Assembly: GCF_044704955.1 (NCBI RefSeq)
Contig: NC_092002.1
Coordinates: 5,952,001-6,016,000 of the forward strand
Direction of reading: 5' to 3'
Length of the DNA stretch: 64,000 nucleotides
DNA from: Pristiophorus japonicus
Taxonomy: Eukaryota
Below the pieces are notes generated by a model. The model searched no databases. It was not told the origin of the DNA and saw only the letters and a program-made list of their open reading frames with translations. Of the stretch, positions 49,470 through 61,580 are shown one piece after another; within the stretch, counting starts at the first letter, position 1, and each line of letters starts with the position of its first letter. Both the position numbers and the translations under genes were made by a program.

Positions 49470-50578
49470 GTGAGTCTCCGCAACTTCCTCTTTTCCCTCA
49501 CCATTTCCCCCTTTTCCCCTCTTTCCCCCACCATTTCCCCCTTTTCCTCTTTCGCTCTCTCCCCTCGCCCATATCGATTTCCTTCACATCACCGCCCATC
49601 TCTCTCAGCAGTGACATTATACAGGTTAAACCTCCCTTATCTGGCATGCTCGGGGCTTGGCCTTTGCCGGAAAAGGGATTTTGCCGGATGGGGGGGGGAG
49701 GAGATCGGCGCCCTCGGCGGGCCGTGAAGGAAGTGTCGGCAGGTCCTCGGGCCGAGTGTCAGCGCACACGCCCCTGACTGCCGGAATCATGCCGGGTGAG
49801 GGGTGGTGCCGGATACGGCAGCTCCAACCTGTATAATTAACACTCTCTGCTTCCTGAGGTGCAGTGTTACAACAGCACATAAGAATTAGGAGCAGGAGTC
49901 GGCCATTCGGCCCCTCGAGCCTGCTCCGCCATTCAATGAGATCACGGCTGATCTTCGACCTCAACTCCACTTTCCCGCCCGATCCCGATATCCCTTGATT
50001 CAACTAAAGTCCAAAAATCTATCGATCTCAGCCTTGAATATACCCAACGACTGAGCCTCCACTGCTCTCTGGGGCAGAGAATTCCAAAGATTCACCCCCC
50101 TCTGAGTGAAGAAATTCCTCCCCATCTCAGTCCTAAACGTCCAACTCCTTATTCTGAGACTGTGCCCCCTGGTTCTAGACACTCCAGCCAGGGGCAAACA
50201 TCCTCCCTTCATCTACCCTGTCAATCCCTCTCAGAATGTTGTATGTTTCAATGAGATCACCTCTCATTCTTCTAAACTCCAGAGAGTATAGCCCTAAATT
50301 AATCACACTCTCCTCACAGGACAACCCTCTCATCCCAGGGATCAATCTAATGAACCTTCGTTGCACCGCCTCTAAGGCTAGTATATCCTTCCTCAGATAA
50401 GGAGACCAAAACTGTGCGCAGTATTCCAGGTGCGGTCTCACCAAAGCCCTGTACAGTTGGAGGAAGACTTCCTTACTCGTGTACTTCGAACCCCCTTGCA
50501 ATAGAGGCCAACGTGCCATTTGCTAATTGCTTGCTGTACCTGCGTGCTAACTCTGTGTGTTCCTGTACGAGTGCACCC

Positions 50579-51302
50579 GGGCACTGAAATTGCCCCATCC
50601 TTTGAGGCCTGTTACCGCCAGAAATCGGTGGCCACGCTGCGGGGTGGAATGGCCGCTGATATTTTTAGGCAATGGTCGCCATTTTGAAAATTCCGCTCTC
50701 GGCGGTGACCCGCTCCCCCACTCCCGTTCCGCTGCTGCCGGTCCGTCCTAAGATGTTCCCCGCCCCCACCGATGGCGAAATTCCGCCGAAACAATCTTGC
50801 TGCCACCGCTCGGTGCCTCCCGTCAGCTTTTTCCTGCCGGCGCACTGAGCTTGGAGCCCTTCTAAAATGGCGGTGCGGCGCCCGTTAGAGGAGGGCGCAC
50901 TGCCGCTGCCGCCATGTTTTTTTTTTTATTGTCGGCCGACTGCCATGTCGGGCCGACCATTATACCCCCCTGGGTTCGACCGGGCCGCCATTAGGCAGCC
51001 TGGCACCCCTCCTCTTGGGTGCCAGCCCACTGGCCCAGCCGAAACCCTCCCTGGTGGCCCAGTGGGCCAAAATTAAATAATCGCGCAGGCTCTCCCCTTT
51101 TTGAAGTGAAGGTGACTGCATAGACCTGCCCCCAACTTCCGCAACTCGAGTGCGCGAACCTCCGTTCTCCGCCCCAATTATGACCGACTTCCTGTCCGCT
51201 GAAAAAGATAAGCCAAAGAGCGAAATTTCACTCGCGGCCACTACATCGACCGCGCCGGTAAAAACCGTCCGAAACCGGTTAGGTGCGCCCCATTTCTAGC
51301 CC
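50579..51302. mobile_element. GC-rich MITE-like element
   Basis: Imperfect terminal inverted repeats GGGCACTGAAAT...ATTTCTAGCCCC; CpG-rich and non-coding. A similar piece at ~21220-21565 plus 22320-22445 is split by an RTE. Confidence 0.5.
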
Positions 51303-51346
51303 CATCTCTGATGATCTCTCCCCGCGTGGCTCTCTGCGCTCCTCAG

Positions 51347-51563
51347 GTTCGATAAGCTGCTGCAGGAGAAACGGGAGCTGGAGGACATGATCCTGCAGCT
51401 CCAGGAGCAGGTGAAGCCATACGGCACCGCCGGGGTTGCCAAAGACGTGCGAATCCTGAAACAAATCGTCCAAAGCCTGGAGGAGGAGCTGGCGAAGGAG
51501 AAGAGCAAAAACCAGAGGGCGACGAATAAACGGAACCAGGAGTACCGGCAGATCCTGGACGAG
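51347..51563 (+). CDS. CCDC61: CCDC61 coding exon 5 (coiled coil)
   Basis: FDKLLQEKRELEDMILQLQEQV...QEYRQILDE; AG/GT bounded, phase 2 to phase 0. Confidence 0.88.
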
Positions 51564-51759
51564 GTGAGACTTCGGCTCACCGTGCAAGGAACGGCAGCGT
51601 TTGTGAGCGGGCTCTGCTGAATGTTGCACAGTCGCGCCTCTGATAAATGTTAATGGGAAATAAGAAATTGGGAAGATATCTAGAAATTGAGACCTTTGCT
51701 ACTTGCAACATTTTTCTCATTTGAAGTGAGGAGTCTCTGGACTGGAACAGAAACACATC

Positions 51760-53285
51760 CTCCCCTCCCCCTCCATCCCCTCTCCCTGCTCCCCTCCCTC
51801 CCGTTCCCCTCTCTTTTTCCCCCCCATTCCCCTCCCTCTCTTTCCCCCCCCGTTTCCCTCTCTTTCCCCCCCGTTCCCCTCTCTTTCCCCCCCGTTCCCC
51901 TCTCTTTCCCCCCCGTTCCCCTCTCTTTCCCCCCCCGTTCCCCTCTCTTTCCCCCCCCGTTCCCCTCTCTTTCCCCCCCCGTTCCCCTCTCTTTCCCCCC
52001 CCGTTCCCCTCTCTTTCCCCCCCCGTTCCCCTCTCTTTCCCCCCCCGTTCCCCTCTCTTTCCCCCCCCGTTCCCCTCTCTTTCCCCCCCCGTTCCCCTCT
52101 CTTTCCCCCCCCGTTCCCCTCTCTTTCCCCCCCCGTTCCCCTCTCTTTCCCCCCCCCGTTCCCCTCTCTTTCCCCCCCCGTTCCCCTCTCTTTCCCCCCC
52201 CGTTCCCCTCTCTTTCCCCCCCCGTTCCCCTCTCTTTCCCCCCCCGTTCCCCTCTCTTTCCCCCCCCGTTCCCCTCTCTTTCCCCCCCCGTTCCCCTCTC
52301 TTTCCCCCCCCGTTCCCCTCTCTTTCCCCCCCCGTTCCCCTCTCTTTCCCCCCCCCGTTCCCCTCTCTTTCCCCCCCCGTTCCCCTCTCTTTCCCCCCCC
52401 GTTCCCCTCTCTTTCCCCCCCCGTTCCCCTCTCTTTCCCCCCCGTTCCCCTCTCTTTCCCCCCCGTTCCCCTCTCTTTCCCCCCTCGTTCCCCTCTCTTT
52501 CCCCCCCCGTTCCCCTCTCTTTCCCCCCCCGTTCCCCTCTCTTTCCCCCCCCGTTCCCCTCTCTTTCCCCCCCCGTTCCCCTCTCTTTCCCCCCCCGTTC
52601 CCCTCTCTTTCCCCCCCCGTTCCCCTCTCTTTCCCCCCCCCGTTCCCCTCTCTTTCCCCCCCCGTTCCCCTCTCTTTTCCCCCCCCGTTCCCCTCTCTTT
52701 CCCCCCCCGTTCCCCTCTCTTTCCCCCCCCCGTTCCCCTCTCTTTCCCCCCGTTCCCCTCTCTTTCCCCCCCCCGTTCCCCTCTCTTTCCCCCCCCGTTC
52801 CCCTCTCTTTCCCCCCTCGTTCCCCTCTCTTTCCCCCCCGTTCCCCTCTCTTTCCCCCCCGTTCCCCTCTCTTTCCCCCCTCGTTCCCCTCTCTTTCCCC
52901 CCTCGTTCCCCTCTCTTCCCCCCCCCCGTTCCCCTCTCTCTCCCCCCCCCCGTTCCCCTCTCTCTCCCCCCCCCCGTTCCCCTCTCTCTCCCCCCCCCGT
53001 TCCCCTCTCTCCCCCCCCCCCGTTCCTCTCTCTTCCCCCCACCGTTCCCCTCTCTTTTCCCCCCCCCCATTCCCCTCTCTTCCCACCCCCCCCGTTCCCC
53101 TCACGCCCCCCCTTGCCCCCCTCCCTCCCTTCTCTCCCGCTCCCCTCCCTCCCCTCGCTCCCACTCCCCGCTCTTTCCTCCCCCGCCCCGCACCTTCCCC
53201 TCCATCCCGCGCCCCTCCTGCTCCACTTGCTCTCCCTTTCCTTTTCCTTTCCCATCCCCATTCCCCCCTCCTCTACCCTTTGTCT
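51760..53285. repeat. C/T-rich ~22-24-bp minisatellite (CCCCCCCGTTCCCCTCTCTTT)n
   Basis: About 50 near-perfect units with variable C-run length, degenerating at both edges. Confidence 0.95.
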
Positions 53286-53551
53286 CCCATTCCCCACTTC
53301 CGATTCCCTTTTGAAAGTTACGATTGAATCTGCTTCCACAGCTCTTTCAGGCAGTGCGTTCCAGATCACAATAACTCGCTGTTTAAAAAATAAATTCTCC
53401 TCATCTCCCCCTCTGGTTCTTTTGCAAATTAACTCTGTCTCCTCTGGTTACTGACCCTTCCGCCTGTGGAAACCGTTTGTCCTGATTTACTCTATTAAAA
53501 CCCCTCATGATTTTGAACCTCTCGATCAAAACTCTTAACCTTTGCTCTAAA

Positions 53552-54288
53552 AAGAAAGAAAGACTTGCATTTATATAGCGTCTTTCATGACCACTGGACG
53601 TCTCAAAGCACTTTACAGCCAATGAAGTACTTTTGGAGTGTCGTCACTGTTGTAATGTGGGAAACGCGGCAGGTAATTTGCGCACAGCAAGCTCCCACAC
53701 ACAGCAATAAGATAATGACCAGATAATCTGTTTTTGTCATGCTGATTGAGCGATAAATGTTGGTCCCAGGACACCGGGGAGAACTTCCCCTGCTCTTCTT
53801 CAAAATAGTGCCGTGAGATCTTTTGCGTCCACCTGATAGAGCAGACGGGGCCTCGGTTTAATGTCTATCTGAAAGATGGCCCCTCCGACAGTGCGGCGCT
53901 CCCTCGGCACTGCCCCTCCGACAGTGCGGCGCTCCCTCGGCACTGCCCCTCCGACAGTGCGGCGCTCCCTCGGCACTGCCCCTCCGACAGTGCGGCGCTC
54001 CCTCGGCACTGCCCCTCCGACAGTGCGGCGCTCCCTCGGCACTGCCCCTCCGACAGTGCGGCGCACCCTCGGCACTGCCCCTCCGACAGTGCGGCGCTCC
54101 CTCGGCACTGCCCCTCCGACAGTGCGGCGCTCCCTCGGCACTGCCCCTCCGACAGTGCGGCGCTCCCTCGGCACTGCACTGGGAGTGTCAGCCTAGGTTT
54201 ATGTGCTCATGTCCGTGGAGTGGGACTTGAACCCACAACCTCTGACTCATGGAGAAGCGTGTGCTGCCCACTGAGCCACAGCTGACAC
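53552..54288 (-). mobile_element. Same SINE, ~9 homogeneous units (CTCGGCAC variant)
   Basis: Full copy in a CCDC61 intron. Confidence 0.8.
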
Positions 54289-54348
54289 TGCCCAGCTTCT
54301 CCAGTCTCTGCACATAACTGATCCTTTTTTCTGATTTTTTTTTTTCAG

Positions 54349-54431
54349 CTCGAAGAGGTAAAGGCTTCAGAGCGGAAGCTGAAAGTGCGCCTCAAGAACC
54401 TGACTATGGAGCTGGCCTTGTACAAAAGGGG
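54349..54431 (+). CDS. CCDC61: CCDC61 coding exon 6
   Basis: LEEVKASERKLKVRLKNLTMELALYKRG; poly-T acceptor and GTGAGT donor. Confidence 0.92.
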
Positions 54432-55384
54432 GTGAGTTTGCTGTCGATTCATGAGAACGTAAGAATTAGGAGCAGGAGTTGGCCATTCGGCCCCTCGAGC
54501 CTGCTCCGCCATTCAATGAGATCACGGCTGATCTTCGACCTCAACTGCACTTTCCCCATATCTCCATATCCCTCGATTCCCCAAATGTCCAAAAATCTAT
54601 CGATCTCAGTCTTGAATATTTTTAGTTTAGAAGAATGAGAGGTGATCTCATTTCAATGCTCGGTCATTGAGCATATTCAAGGCAGAGAGTGATGGATTTT
54701 TGAATTTTCAGGGAAATCAAGGGATATGGGGACAGTGCAGGGAAGTGGAGTTGAGGTAGAAGATCAGCCATGATCTTATTGAATGGCGGAGCAGGCTCGA
54801 GGGGCCGAATGGCCGACTCCTGCTCCTAATTCTTATATACTCAGCGACTGAGCCTCCACATCCCTCTGGGGTAGAGAATTCCAATAGATTCACCACCCTC
54901 TGAGTGAAGAAATTTTTCCTCATCTCCGTCTCTAAATGGCCGACCCCTTATCCTGAGACTGTGACCCCTGGTTCTAGACTCCCCAGCCCGGGGGAAATAT
55001 CCTCCCTGCATCCACCCTGTCAAGCCCTGTAAGAATTTTGTATCTTTCAATGAGATCACCTCTCATTCTTCTAAACTCTAGGGAATACAGGCATAGTCTA
55101 CTTAATCTCTCCTCATAGGACAATCCCCCCCCATCCCAGGAATCAGTCTGCTGAACCTCTATGGCAAGTATATCCTTCCTTAGATAAGGAGACCAAAACT
55201 GTGCACAATACTCCAGGTGCGGTCTCTCCAGAGCCCAATATAATTGCAGTGACATTCTAAGATGATTCTACTATTAACAGCTGCAGACTTTTAAAATCAT
55301 TCTCTCCTCTTTCTCCTTATTCCCCCCCCCCCCGACCCTGCTCTCCCCATCTTGTCTGACTGACGTTCTGCTTTTCCCTTTCAG

Positions 55385-55674
55385 TCGACTCACTCCAGTG
55401 GGGCCCTCGCCGCCGAACCGATCGAATTTAAACCTCAGCTCCGGCCGGCGTCCTCCGACCAGGACAGACTCAGCCACCAGGGTCCGAGTGGACAGTCAGC
55501 CGGCCTCGCGGGAACGGAGCAAGCAATGGTCGGGGCCCCGCGAGCGGGAGAGATCCACGTCCCGAGAGAGGAGTGGCCGCTGGGCAACGTTTCACAAGCG
55601 AGAGCGGTCGTCCTCCAGGGAGAGCCAGCGAGGGACTCACTGCCATGGTCCCAGACTGTCCCCATCTCCAATAG
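55385..55674 (+). CDS. CCDC61: CCDC61 coding exon 7 (R/S-rich)
   Basis: RLTPVGPSPP...RERSTSRERS...RSSSRES...RLSPSPI; phases consistent with both neighbouring exons. Confidence 0.88.
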
Positions 55675-55744
55675 GTACAGCTTACCCCAAAATATGGCCC
55701 CGTGCGCAACTCTTGCAAATCAAGCGAAAATCATACAATAGTAA

Positions 55745-56250
55745 AGAAAGACCTGCATTTCTATAGCGCCTTTCACGACCACCGGACATCCCAATGCGCT
55801 TTAGAGCCAATTAAGTACTTTTTTGCGCACAGCAAGCTCCCACAAACAGCAATGTGATAATGACCCAGATAGTTTTAGTGATGCTGATTGAGGGATAAAT
55901 ATTGGCCTCAGGACACCGGGGAGAACTCCCCCTGCTCTTCTTTGAAATAGGATCTTTTACGTCCACCTGAGAGAGCAGACGGGGCCTCGGTTTAACGTCT
56001 CATCTGAAAGACGGCACCCCCGACAGTGCGGCGCTCCCTCAGCACTGCCCCTCCGACAGTGCGGCGCTCCCTCAGCACTGCCCCTCCGACAGTGCGGCGC
56101 TCCCTCAGCACTGCCCCTCCGACAGTGCGGCGCTCCCTCAGCACCACACTGGGAGTGTCGGCCTGGATTGTTGTGCTCAAGTCCCTGGAGTGGGACTTAA
56201 AGCCACAACCTTCTGACTCCGAGGCGAGGGTGCTGTCCACTGAGCCACAG
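55745..56250 (-). mobile_element. Same SINE, ~4 units
   Basis: Tail, core, array and head. Confidence 0.78.
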
Positions 56251-57659
56251 CAGGCACGAGTACAGCTCAGAATGAGGCCATTCGGCCCATCAGGTCTGCG
56301 CCGTCTCTTTCAAAGAATACTCCAGTCAGTCCCACTCCCCCTGCTCTTTCCCCATATCCCGGCAATTTTATCTCCCAAGTATTTATCCAATTCCCTTGGA
56401 AAGCTACTATTACAACAGTGACTTCAAAAAGTACATCATTTGGCTGTAAAGCGCTTTGGGATGTCCGGTGGTCGTGAAAGGCGCTATATAAATGCAAGTC
56501 TTTCTTTTTTTCTTTTATTGAATCTGTTCCCACCAACCTTTCAGGCCGTGCATTCCAGATCCTAACCACTCGTTGTGTTTAAAAAAAAAAAAAAAGTTTT
56601 CCCTCATGTTCCCTCTGGTGATTGAACTTCAGGGGTTAAATTATGAGGAGGGATTACACAAACTGGGTTGTATTCCCGAGAATTTAGAAGTTTAAGGGCT
56701 GATGTGATCGAAGTTTTCAGGATATTAAGGGGAACAGATAGGGTATAGAGAGAGAGAAACTATATCCGCTGGTTGGGGAGTCTAGGACTAAGGGACATTG
56801 TCTGAAAATTAGAGCCAGATCTTTCAGGAGTGAAATTAGAAAACACTTCTACACACAAAGGGCGGGAGAAATTTGGAACTCTCTTCCACAAACGTCAATT
56901 GATGCCAGATCAATTGTTAATTTTCATCGGGGAGATTGATAGCTTTTTCTTAACCAAAGCTATTAAGGGATATGGGCCAAAGGCGGGTATATGGAGTTAG
57001 GTCACAGATCAGTCATGATCTCATTGAATGGCGGAACAGGCTCGAGGGGCTGAATGACTGGCCTCCTCCTGTTCCTAATGTAACAGGCTTGAGGGGCTGA
57101 ATGGCCTCCTCCTGTTCCTGTGTAACAGGCTCGAGGGGCTGAATGGCCTCCTCCTGTTCCTGTGTAACAGGCTCGAGAGACTGAATGGGCCTCCTCCTGT
57201 TCCTGTGTAACAGGCTCGAGAGACTGAATGGGCCTCCTCCTGTTCCTGTGTAACAGGCTCGAGAGACTGAATGGGCCTCCTCCTATTCCTGTACAACAGG
57301 CTCGAGGGGCTGAATGGCCTCCTGATCCTATCGACCCTCCTGCCACTTTCTTTTTATTTATTCTATTTAAATTCTTCATGATTTTGAACACCTCGATCAG
57401 ATCTCTTGTTAGCCTTCTCTGTTCTAAGGAGAACATCCCAACTTCTCCAGTCTCTCCACTGAAGTCCCTCATCCCTAGAATCATTCACAGTCCTTTTTTG
57501 GCTAAAGGTTTTATTAATAAGTACAAAATATGGGAAAGTTAAGGTGAAAGTTGTTGTAGAACACTTTACTGTTTGGGTGTTCAGTATCTGTATCGTGCAC
57601 TTCAGGCATACAACAGGTTAGATGCGATGGAAATCACCCCCTACACTGTCCCCATCGGC

Positions 57660-58324
57660 GTGTCACATGTGGCTCAGTGGGCAGCGCACTCGCCTCTGAG
57701 TCAGAAGGTTGTAGGTTCAAGTCCTACTCCAGAGACTTGAACACAAAAATACAGGCTGACACTCCCAGTGCAGTGCTGAGGGAGCGCCGCATTGTCGGAG
57801 GGGCAGCGCTGAGGGAGCGCCGCACTGTCGGAGGGGCAGCGCTGAGGGAGCGCCGCACTGTCGGAGGGGCAGCGCTGAGGGAGCGCCGAACTGTCAGAGA
57901 GGCAGCGCTGAGGGGGGGCAGCGCTGAGGGAGCGCCGCACTGTCGGAGGGGCAGCGCTGAGGGAGCGCCGCACTGTCGGAGGGGCAGCGCTGAGGGAGCG
58001 CCGCACTGTCGGAGGTGCCGTCTTTCAGATGAGACGTTAAACCGAGGTCCCGTCTGCTCTCTCGGATGGACGTAAACAATCCCACGGACACTATTTTGAA
58101 GAAGAGCAGGGGAGTTATCCCCGGTGTCCTGGGGCCAATATTTATCCCTCAACCAACATAACAAAAGCCGCTTATCAGGTGATTGTGACATTGCGTGAAT
58201 TAGCTGCCGCGTTTCCCACATAACAGCAGCGACTACACTCCAAAAAGTACTTCATTGGCTGCAAAGCGCTTTGAGACAACCGGTGGCCATGAAAAGGCGC
58301 TATATAAATGCAAGTCTTTCTTTC
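57660..58324 (+). mobile_element. Same SINE, ~7 units; tail abuts the CCDC61 exon 8 acceptor
   Basis: Full head-to-tail copy ending CAAGTCTTTCTTTC 10 nt before the exon start. Confidence 0.82.
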
Positions 58325-58334
58325 TGCTCCTCAG

Positions 58335-58413
58335 GGATCCGACAACCTCGCTTTGACCCCACTGCGTATGTGCACGACAAGGAAAGCAAACAGAAGGAGG
58401 CGGAGCAGAGAAA
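58335..58413 (+). CDS. CCDC61: CCDC61 coding exon 8
   Basis: IRQPRFDPTAYVHDKESKQKEAEQR with the conserved RFDPTA motif; GTAAGT donor. Confidence 0.9.
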
Positions 58414-59247
58414 GTAAGTTATTAAGCAAGGAGAATGCTAAATATAAGCACTGTGGTTCATTGAGTGACGAGGACCAAGTTTCTAAACAGCAGTTTACAG
58501 ACAGATCACCTATTACTGCTGTGCCTGTCTCCTGCAGTCATGCAAATATCTGTTGGCTTCTTTACTCCTGTATTTGTTGTAGCTTTGCGAATCTTCACGG
58601 GCAGCGGGGTTGGTTTTGGGGTCTTGCACGGTGTTTGGGCTATGTGGGGCACCGGGGCTAAACCTTAACCTCAGGTTCTCAGAATGCTTCTTGATTCTCT
58701 GAGGCTTCCCGCCATTAGTCTGAGTCATTGAATATACTCAAGATGGAGATAGACTGAATTTTGAGCGATAAGGGAGTCAAGGGTCATGGGGAGCGGGCAG
58801 GGAAGTGGAGCTGAGTCCATGATTGGATCAGCCATGATCTTATTGAATGGCGGAGCAGGCTCGAGGGGCCAGAAGGCCTACTCCTGCTCTTATTTCTTGT
58901 GTTCTAGTCCAGTCGACTGTCTACTCCCCTCCCCTCCACAATCTCTGGGGGCAGCAGTAAATCATCATCATAGGCAGTCTCTCGAAATCGAGGAAGACTT
59001 GCTTCCACTCAAAATGAGTCCTCAGGTGGCTGAACAGTCCAATACGAGAACCACAGTCTCTGTCACAGGTGGGACAGACAGTGGTTGAAGGAAAGGGTGG
59101 GTGGGGAGTCTGGTTTGTCGCACGCTCCTTCCGCTGTCTGCGTTTGGTTTCTGCACGCTCTCGGCGACGAGACTTGAGACACTCATTTTGATACCAAATT
59201 GTAGAAAATCGACTGCATACTTCCTGTCACAAAAGCAAAAAACTGAG

Positions 59248-60665
59248 ATTTATATAGCGCCTTTCATGACCTCAGGACGTCCCAAAGTGCATTAGACCCA
59301 GTGAAGTATAGTCACTGTTGTAATGTGGGAAACACAGCAGCCAATTTGCGCATAGCAAGCTCCCACAAACAGCAACGTGATAATGAACAGATCATCTGAT
59401 TTTAAAGATTGAGGGCTAAATATTGGCCCCAGGACACTGGGGAGCACTCCCCTGCTCTTCTTCGAAATAATGGCCATGGGATCTTTTATGTGAGAGAGCA
59501 AATGGGGCCTCGGTTTAACTTCTCATCCGAAAGACGGCACCTCCGACAGTGCGGCGCTCCCTCAGCCCTGCCCCTCCGACAGCGCGGCGCTCCCTCAGCC
59601 CTGCCCCTCCGACAGCGCGGCGCTCCCTCAGCCCTGCCCCTCCGACAGCGCGGCGCTCCCTCAGCCCTGCCCCTCCGACAGCGCGGCGCTCCCTCAGCCC
59701 TGCCCCTCCGACAGCGCGGCGCTCCCTCAGCCCTGCCCCTCCGACAGCGCGGCGCTCCCTCAGCCCTGCCCCTCCGACAGCGCGGCGCTCCCTCAGCCCT
59801 GCCCCTCCGACAGCGCGGCGCTCCCTCAGCCCTGCCCCTCCGACAGCGCGCCGCTCCCTCAGCCCTGCCCCTCCGACAGCGCGGCGCTCCCTCAGCCCTG
59901 CCCCTCCGACAGCGCGGCGCTCCCTCAGCCCTGCCCCTCCGACAGCGCGCCGCTCCCTCAGCCCTGCCCCTCCGACAGCGCGCCGCTCCCTCAGCCCTGC
60001 CCCTCCGACAGCGCGGCGCTCCCTCAGCCCTGCCCCTCCGACAGCGCGGCGCTCCCTCAGCCCTTTCCCTCCGACAGCGCGGCGCTCCCTCAGTCCTTCC
60101 CCTCCCCAGCGCGGCGCGATGCTCCCTCAGTGCTGTCCCTCCGACAGCGCGGCGCTCCCTCAGTCCTGCCCCTCTGACAGTGCGGCGCTCCCTCAGCCCT
60201 GCCCCTCCGACAGTGCGGCGCTCCCTCAGCCCTGCCCCTCCGACAGCGCGGCGCTCCCTCAGCCCTTCCCCTCCGACAGCGCGGCGCTCCCTCAGTCCTT
60301 CCCCTCCCCAGCGCGGCGCGGTGCTCCCTCAGTGCTGCCCCTCCGACAGCGCGGCGCTCCCTCAGCCCTGCCCCTCCGACAGTGCGGCGCTCCCTCAGCC
60401 CTGCCCCTCCGACAGTGCGGCGCTCCCTCAGCCCTGCCCCTCCGACAGTGCGGCGCTCCCTCAGCCCTGCCCCTCCGACAGCGCGACGCTCCCTCAGCAC
60501 TGCCCCTCCGACAGCGCGACGCTCCCTCAGCACTGCCCCTCCGACAGCGCGACGCTCCCTCAGCACTGCACTGGGAGTGTCAGCCTGGATTTTGTGCTCC
60601 AGTCTCTGGAGTGGGATTTGAACCCACAACCTTCTGACCTGGAGGGGGAGCATACTGAGTCATGG
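59248..60665 (-). mobile_element. Same SINE, ~31 units (CAGCCCTG variant)
   Basis: Array ~59540-60567. Further short copies at ~5095-5240, 10540-10740, 15553-15730, 22745-23135, 35710-36158, 38905-39298 and 39330-40868 (interrupted). Confidence 0.82.
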
Positions 60666-60754
60666 CTGAGAGGCCTCTGCTGTATTATTATGCTGACGCC
60701 GATGTTTGCCGCGACGGTTGCATCCCGTGTAATCCTGCGATCTCTCCTGCGCAG

Positions 60755-60891
60755 CTTGAGAAAGATCCACAGGCACATGAGCTGCCTGACCAACGACGAG
60801 CGAGGGAGACCCAAATCCCGAACCCACTCCCGCGAAGGCAGCGGCGGGAAGGTGCGAGGGGGCAGTCGGAGTCACGGCCGGAGCTCCTCAG
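60755..60891 (+). CDS. CCDC61: CCDC61 coding exon 9
   Basis: LRKIHRHMSCLTNDERGRPKSRTHSREGSGGKVRGGSRSHGRSSS; GCAG acceptor, G|GTAGG donor, phase-consistent. Confidence 0.8.
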
Positions 60892-61110
60892 GTAGGGGGT
60901 TTGCGGGGGGGCGGGGGGGGAAGCTGGTCTTGAGGCGCAGGTGAGGGGGTGGGCCGAGTGGTTAGTCCCGGGGGCGGGGGGGGGGCCAGCCTGCGATCTG
61001 GGCAGTAAGTCGGGGTAATTTCCCTGCTGCCAACTTAGTCAATCTGGGCATCTCCCTCCCACCGTGTTCATTGAGGCATTACTCACGTCATTGCATGTCC
61101 TCTTCCACAG

Positions 61111-61189
61111 CGGAAAATCTCCAAAGCAGATTCTCCTCGGCAAGCTCGCTCAGTGATTTTGAAGACAGCGGAGCACCTTCCAAATCCAG
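61111..61189 (+). CDS. CCDC61: CCDC61 coding exon 10; remaining exons not found in window
   Basis: ENLQSRFSSASSLSDFEDSGAPSKS, matching the conserved SRxSSASSxSDxED segment; AG/GT bounded. Confidence 0.87.
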
Positions 61190-61266
61190 GTAAATGTGCG
61201 ACTCGAGGTGGGCCGAGTTGCCACCGGGTATTGTAGCTAAAGAGGGAGTGTGCCTCTGTCCTATGT

Positions 61267-61580
61267 TCATCATAGGCAGTCCCTCGAAACAAGGATGACT
61301 TGCTTCCACGTCAAAAAGGGATGAGTTCAGGTGTTTCAATGAAGGACCTAATATTCCGGATCCCGAACTACATCCTGAAGGGTGGAAGATGCCTGTGGGT
61401 GGATTTTTTTAACGTGGGGTGACCGTTGCACACCAGCCACCACACGGGGCTTGACAGAGCGAGGTCTCGGTCCAGTGGCGAGGGTTAACCAGGACGACTG
61501 GAGACCAGCTCTGCTGCACGGACCTAGTGCGCGCACACATATCGCACAGTGTGGGCCGGGCCCGTGCTGCCCCCTGGGCC
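61267..61580 (-). mobile_element. Non-autonomous RTE-tailed short element. Other copies at ~6601-7170, 30230-30537, 44683-44960, 61855-62130
   Basis: Shares the RTE 3' end (GGAAGCAAGTC...GAGGGACTGCCTATGA) but has a non-coding ~300-bp body conserved among five copies. Confidence 0.7.

Noticed and set aside
51577-53369. ~500-aa Gly/Glu/Arg- or Pro-rich ORFs
   Set aside because: Translations of the C/T minisatellite.
59540-60567. CRISPR-like array (33-bp hairpin-forming repeats)
   Set aside because: The units are directly tandem with no unique spacers, there are no cas genes, and the context is a eukaryotic SINE.
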